Assembly (NCBI RefSeq): GCF_009914755.1
Contig: NC_060941.1
Strand: one strand, 5' to 3'
DNA length: 64,000 nucleotides
DNA from: the human T2T-CHM13v2.0 reference genome, Homo sapiens
A program made the translations under genes and the position numbers. Within the stretch, counting starts at the first letter, position 1. The number at the start of each line of letters is the position of its first letter. Positions 58,268 to 64,000 of the stretch are shown here, piece after piece. The notes below the pieces were generated by a model, which worked only from the letters and a program-made list of their open reading frames with translations, was not told the origin of the DNA and did no database searches.

Positions 58268-58601
58268 TAATAAAAGAAAAACTTCAGCTGAATTAAATTT
58301 AAAGAAGTTTAATTAAGCAATGAATGATTCGCAAATCAGGCAGCCTTCCCAGCCAGGGTAGGCTCAGGGACTCCAGCAGAGCCACGTGGCGGAAGAGGAC
58401 TTATGGACTAACAAAGAAAGTGAGCTACACGATATGGAAGTGAGGTACAGAAACAGCCAGATTGGTTACAGCTCGGCATTTGCCTTATAGGCTGCGGTCT
58501 TTTTACACCTCCACTTGTTATGTTAACGATGTACAGGAAAACCTTTAGGGCCAACCTTAAAGTATGTAAGGAGGCAGCTTTAGGCTAAACTTGATTTAAC
58601 A
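58268..58601 (-). mobile_element. MER57 (A/B-like) solo LTR (ERV1)
   Basis: Reverse complement starts TGTTAAATCAAGTTTAGCCTAAAGCTGCCTCCTTAC. Also gattggttacagctcggc. 4-bp TSD atac. Confidence 0.85.
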
Positions 58602-58711
58602 ATACCAATACTCTCTCGTCATATCTCCTCATTTTATATCCACTTTCAATTAGACAAGGAGTCAGCTATTACACGTAGAACCAAACAATTTAGGGGCACA
58701 CATACCTACTC

Positions 58712-58713
<2 letters not shown>

Positions 58714-58748
<35 letters not shown>
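58714..58748. repeat. (CA)n microsatellite
   Basis: Directly visible. Confidence 0.95.
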
Positions 58749-58750
<2 letters not shown>

Positions 58751-58779
58751 CTACTATGAAGAGCTTTTCTGTACTTATG

Positions 58780-59083
58780 TTTATATTTTTATTAATTTTT
58801 TTGAGACAGAGTCTCACTCTGTTGCTCAGGCTGGAGTACAGTGGCGTAATCTCGGCTCACCACAACCTCCGCCTCCTGGGTTCAAACGATTCTCCTGCCT
58901 CACCCTCTCAAGTGGCTGGGACTACAGGCACATGCCACCTTGCCCAGCAAATTTTTGTAGTTTTACTAGAAAAGAGGTTTCTCCATGTTGACCAGGCTGG
59001 TCTTGAACTCCTGACCTTAAGCAATCTGCCCACCTCGGCCTCCCAAAGTGCTGAGGTTACAGATGTGAGCCACTGCACCTGGC
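58780..59083 (-). mobile_element. Alu (AluS-like)
   Basis: Antisense Alu. Degenerate TSD atgaag(agc/ggg)tttt. Confidence 0.94.
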
Positions 59084-59242
59084 TGAATGAAGGGGTTTTA
59101 GAGGTAAAAGTAGCAAAAACAAATTTGGGGTATGTGATGTGATCAATACAAATTATTGTCACTTTCCTACTTTATTCTCACCTACACATATAAGGAGTTT
59201 CATCCCTCACTTCGAGGGGAATTTCTCCATTTAAATGTTTGA

Positions 59243-59525
<283 letters not shown>

Positions 59526-59895
59526 ATTATTTTTTATATTGATAAATATTTTAAGCATACAGAAAAATGTAGTGGATGACATAACATATGCTCGTGTACT
59601 GCCCACAGCTTGCTCACATCCTCATCTGTATTCATTTTTTTCAGTCTTTACAAAAAGACAGAATATTGCAGAGACAGTTAAACACCCTCATACTTCCCTC
59701 TTTTTAATGAGTGTCTATTTCAGTTCTTGCCTTCAGAAAATTGAACTACCAGGAAGGAATACTACTTATCTTCTTTTTGAAAGTTCCCCAGGAGATGAAA
59801 AGTTAACCTGGCACAGACTGATTACTCTGCATAGTATAATAAAAACAAAGCTTTTCTATTTGGTGTTAGAACTCATATAATGGTTTTCAGTTTTT

Positions 59896-60156
59896 TATAT
59901 ATACATATATAAAATATATATAATATATATTATATACTATATATTGTACATAATATATATTATATACTATATATTGTACATAATACATAATATACTATAT
60001 ATTGTATATATTGTGTATATATTATATATAATATATAATGTGTATATTATATATTATATACAATCCATATTATAGATAACATATATTATATACAATATAT
60101 ATTATATATAACATATATTGTATACAATATATGTTATATATATTATATATATATAT
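59896..60156. repeat. AT-rich minisatellite / (TA)-rich tract with a 30-bp unit
   Basis: taatatatattatatactatatattgtaca exact at 59921-59950 and 59951-59980, with a third degenerate copy. Confidence 0.92.
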
Positions 60157-61922
60157 TTGATAGTTGATACATCTTCCTGAGTATGTATTCTTCAGGCTCA
60201 GGAATAGCACTCCATAACAGCTTAGGAGATCCAAATGCGCTACCCCTTCTCTGTCCTGCTCCTGGGGTGGACCAGGTAGCCCCTGGAGTTCCAAGGCTGG
60301 TGGTAAAGTCACCCAGTTTGTGGCTCTTTGTTAGTGGTCCTGGGAAGTTAATATACCAATCCTAAAAATCTGTATTTTCTCTCTATGCCTAAAATTTCCC
60401 CCACTATAGAGGCTGTCATATGGGCTCCAGATTCGATGGCTTTAAGGAATTAACTTTTTTTAAATGATCTAAAAATCTAAGCTTCCTCAAGTCCAGGATG
60501 TCTGTCTGTTTTGTTCATTGCTTTACCCCTATTTCTTGGTACAAAATGCAAATGGAGTTAGCAATAGGTGAATGAAGTAGATGTCCTTAGGCACATATGA
60601 TAAAAAATTGATTCCTATGAGCTGTTGTTTTTCAGCATGACAGTAGCTAAGAGGTGAACAATCAGGGTGAGTAAACTTTGGAGAGGAGAAAAGGGCAGGA
60701 GTCATTTCTTAGAGTCACAATTTCTTAGACTTGGAAGAACTTTGTAACTAATAAATGAATATTTTTAAATGCATCCCTAAGAGCTGGTCATCACCTTTCT
60801 ACTTCAATAGCTCTGAACTGGAAATTGAGTCTCAGTCCTACTGCTAGCTTCCATATCTTTAGATAAGTCTAGACTGCCATTTCTTCACCTGTTAATTAGA
60901 AATGTGGACTCAATGATTTTTTTGTAGCTCATGATCTTGCTGGCCACAAAGACCTCTAGAATAAAGTAGCACTCATGAAAAAGGAATACCAAATGGAATT
61001 TAACTCACTTTGAAGTGTTGTCTAGAGGTTGACCATATAGGCCTACTTCAGACTTAGTTTGCATTTCAAGAACACGTTATTTTGAATGATAAAGTCAGAT
61101 TGTTTTTCAATAAACAAAAACAATTTTGTATTAAACATCAACTGCGGCTAATCCACACAGCAGATAAAACACATACAGGTCAGTAAGAGAGTCAAGCCAT
61201 TGACAAAGAAAAACAAAAATATAAGGACCCACTTTCTTCTCTTGTCCAAGGTGAAAATGAAGATTAAAATGGAACGAAAAAATCCTGGAAGCAGCCATCA
61301 CCATCTAGAATACACTCAGGGTTTTGAGTTTATTTGGCATTTGCTACTGTTTTCCATACAATCACCACCCAAGAGGGGGGTGTCTCTAAATAAAGGAAAT
61401 GCTGAGTGATGAAAAATAATGGAAATTCTAATAAAATCCGGAAGTTAAATTCTCCCAGTCGTGTTCCTCCAGCTAATCCCTCATAGTCATCCTTTTGTTT
61501 CTAGAAATGGCATTAAAGCCACCCAGTGGGGGAGGGGGGAAAACTCTACAGACCGCTTTTCACTGTGGGCCCTAAAACCTCATCCCCAAATGTAGGTTTT
61601 GAGACTCTGCCCAGCACAGCTTTGAAAGTTTTGCCATGAAGTCCTAATTGCTAAGTAGGTGCGTGCTCACTATTACTCCATAAAGGGAAGAAAGAAGAAA
61701 AACAAGTGAAAGAAGAGAAAGTAAAAGACAGCATATATCATTTTGTCAGAGAAATGACATATTCTAGGTGCTTCGCTAGGCTGAAGATGATTACTCCTGT
61801 ATATAAACTGATCATTTCTTTCTTAAGAAGTATGTAACCCTCTTGGTGTCTCTAGGACATTCTGTTAAAACGTTATCCCCTTCCCACCTTATAGCCTACC
61901 ATCACCTATGTAAATAAGATGC

Positions 61923-62277
61923 TGTATTAGTCTGTTCTCATGCTGCTGATAAAGACATACCTGAGACTGAAAAAGAAAAAGAGGTTTAATTGACTCATAC
62001 TTCCACATGGCTAGGGAGGCCTCACAATCATGATGGAAGGTGAAAGGCACATCTCACATGACGGCAGACAAGACAAAATGAGAACCAAGCAAAAGGGGGT
62101 TTCCTTTATAAAACCATCAGATCTTGTGAGATTTATTCACTACCATGAGAACAGTATAAGGGGAAACCTTCCCCATGATTCAATTATCTCCCACCAGATT
62201 CCTCCCACAACACATGGGAATTATGGGAGCTACAATTCAAAAGGAGATTTGAGTGGGAACGCAGCCAAACTATATCA
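61923..62277 (-). mobile_element. THE1 (B/C-like) solo LTR (ERVL-MaLR)
   Basis: tgtattagtctgttctcatgctgctgataaagacatacctgagactg...aaaaccatcagatcttgtgaga...cagccaaactatatca. 5-bp TSD gatgc. Confidence 0.95.
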
Positions 62278-62681
62278 GATGCTTTTTTACTGCTCAATGG
62301 TATTTGCCAAAGGCACAGTTTTCAAAATCACCTTGACATTTCACTTGACATGGCTGCTTCACCTCTGCTTACAAATAAGTTTTGTTTCTAATCAGAACTA
62401 CTGATTACAGATCGAGATTGTGTTAAACTTATGGTGATCACAAACAAATAAAATGTTGGGGCCCTTCCCTGAAGAGTTAACGGTATCTCTTGGAAAGAAA
62501 AACTAACAGATATGTTGGGACCAAAATATACACAGAATTGAAAAAAAACACACACACATAAAAGAAGTTTTATATTCGTAATGGATCTAGTATACTAAGT
62601 AGCATAATAAATAACTCACTTTAAACCTGAATTTTTTCTAGGTAATATGCCTTAAATACCATGTATTACTTTCACTTATAC

Positions 62682-62901
62682 CAAGGTTTCAAAATCTCAT
62701 CACTGCCAACATTTGTACCAGATAATACTTTGTTGTGGGAACTGCTCCGTGCGTTGCAGAATGTTTAACAGCATAAATGGACTCTATCTGGTAGATGCCA
62801 GTTGCACTGTTGCTGCATTTATAACAACCAAAATTGCCTCCAGACATTGCCAAATGTCCCCTGAGAGGGGGGACAGTCTCATCTCCAGTAGAGAATCATT
62901 G
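62682..62901 (-). mobile_element. MER20 (hAT-Charlie)
   Basis: tagatgccagttgcac..acaaccaaaattgcctccagacattgccaaatgtcccctg. Confidence 0.85.
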
Positions 62902-63069
62902 ATTATAGAGTGATTATAAAGAGTGTGATTTTTTTTTTCCTGTAGAGGATAGGGGAATCTAACCAATGAGGTTATTCCTAAGTGTCTCATCTCTAGATGA
63001 AAATGAAATTATATGCCATCAACTCAAACAGGAGCTGGGAGGGAAGTAGGATAGGAGGTAGAAGTATCC

Positions 63070-63250
63070 ACATTCTACCACTTTCTAACTGTGTTTTTCG
63101 GGGGCAAGTTATTTAATCCCTCTAAGCTACTGTTCCTATGAAACAGCTGTGAAATAAAAATAATAATAGAAATCAGCTCCAAAGGTTGCTGTATGTAAAG
63201 CACTTAGCAAATGCTTAATACTCTGCAAGCACTTTGCAAATGATAATCAT
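63070..63250 (+). mobile_element. MIR
   Basis: ggggcaagttatttaatccctctaagc..ataataata..aggttgctgtatgtaaagcacttagca. Confidence 0.7.
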
Positions 63251-63448
63251 TACTATTGTGACCTTTCTTGAGCCAAATAGCCACCGTCACCTGCATCCTA
63301 TACTTAGGAGTCTGCAGAACTATTTTAGCATGCTTTACTCAACATGGGTTTGTCTCTATGGGAATAAACATTTTAATTTCTCCATTTACTTTGTTTCAAA
63401 GAATAACTTCCAGACTAGTTACAAATGTTTGCTTATATGGTAAGATTA

Positions 63449-63773
<325 letters not shown>

Positions 63774-64000
63774 AAAAGTATAAGAACTATCATGTGTAAT
63801 TTTCCTAGAGGAAAATGCAATTTTTAAATCCCACTGGAGGATCCAGGACATCCTCGTCACTTTTGGCAAAGAAATAACTGTCCCCGCTGTAAGTAGGTCT
63901 ATTTCCATTCACTCAGCTACATCAGGTCCTCTGTTGGAAACAAAGAACCTACAAGAGAGGGGGAAGAGAGTGCTTTACATAAGGACTGGTGGAAAAGTAG

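Noticed and set aside
62030-62404. 124-aa ORF
   Set aside because: Lies mostly within the THE1 LTR and has no protein homology that I recognise.

Overview
AT-rich, CpG-depleted primate (most likely human) non-coding genomic DNA, either intergenic or deep intronic. I find no CpG island, no recognisable protein-coding exon and no recognisable RNA gene, and I cannot name the locus. The listed ORFs are short and are Alu-, L1-, LTR- or microsatellite-derived, or resemble nothing I recognise. The window holds about 21 Alu copies or fragments (J, S and Y subfamilies, many with visible target-site duplications), L1PA/L1PB/L1MA/L1M fragments, L2 and MIR relics, DNA transposons (Charlie1a, two MER20, MER47A, MER58A, MER5) and solo LTRs (THE1, MLT1A, MLT1F, MLT2, MER57, LTR16, LTR33). 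Repeat family names come from remembered consensus sequences and need RepeatMasker/Dfam confirmation. The structure not explained by transposons is two local inverted duplications. The first (20143-21491) has arms about 92% identical by hand alignment, and a (TATC)n array has expanded in one arm only. The second (33748-34380) encloses a near-perfect 75-nt hairpin and carries template-switch-like junction scars. There are also a 22-bp perfect palindrome, interlocked quasi-palindromes, a three-Alu insertion cluster, and weak candidate exons and enhancers. I see no convincing evidence of a new multi-gene system; the findings are structural leads.
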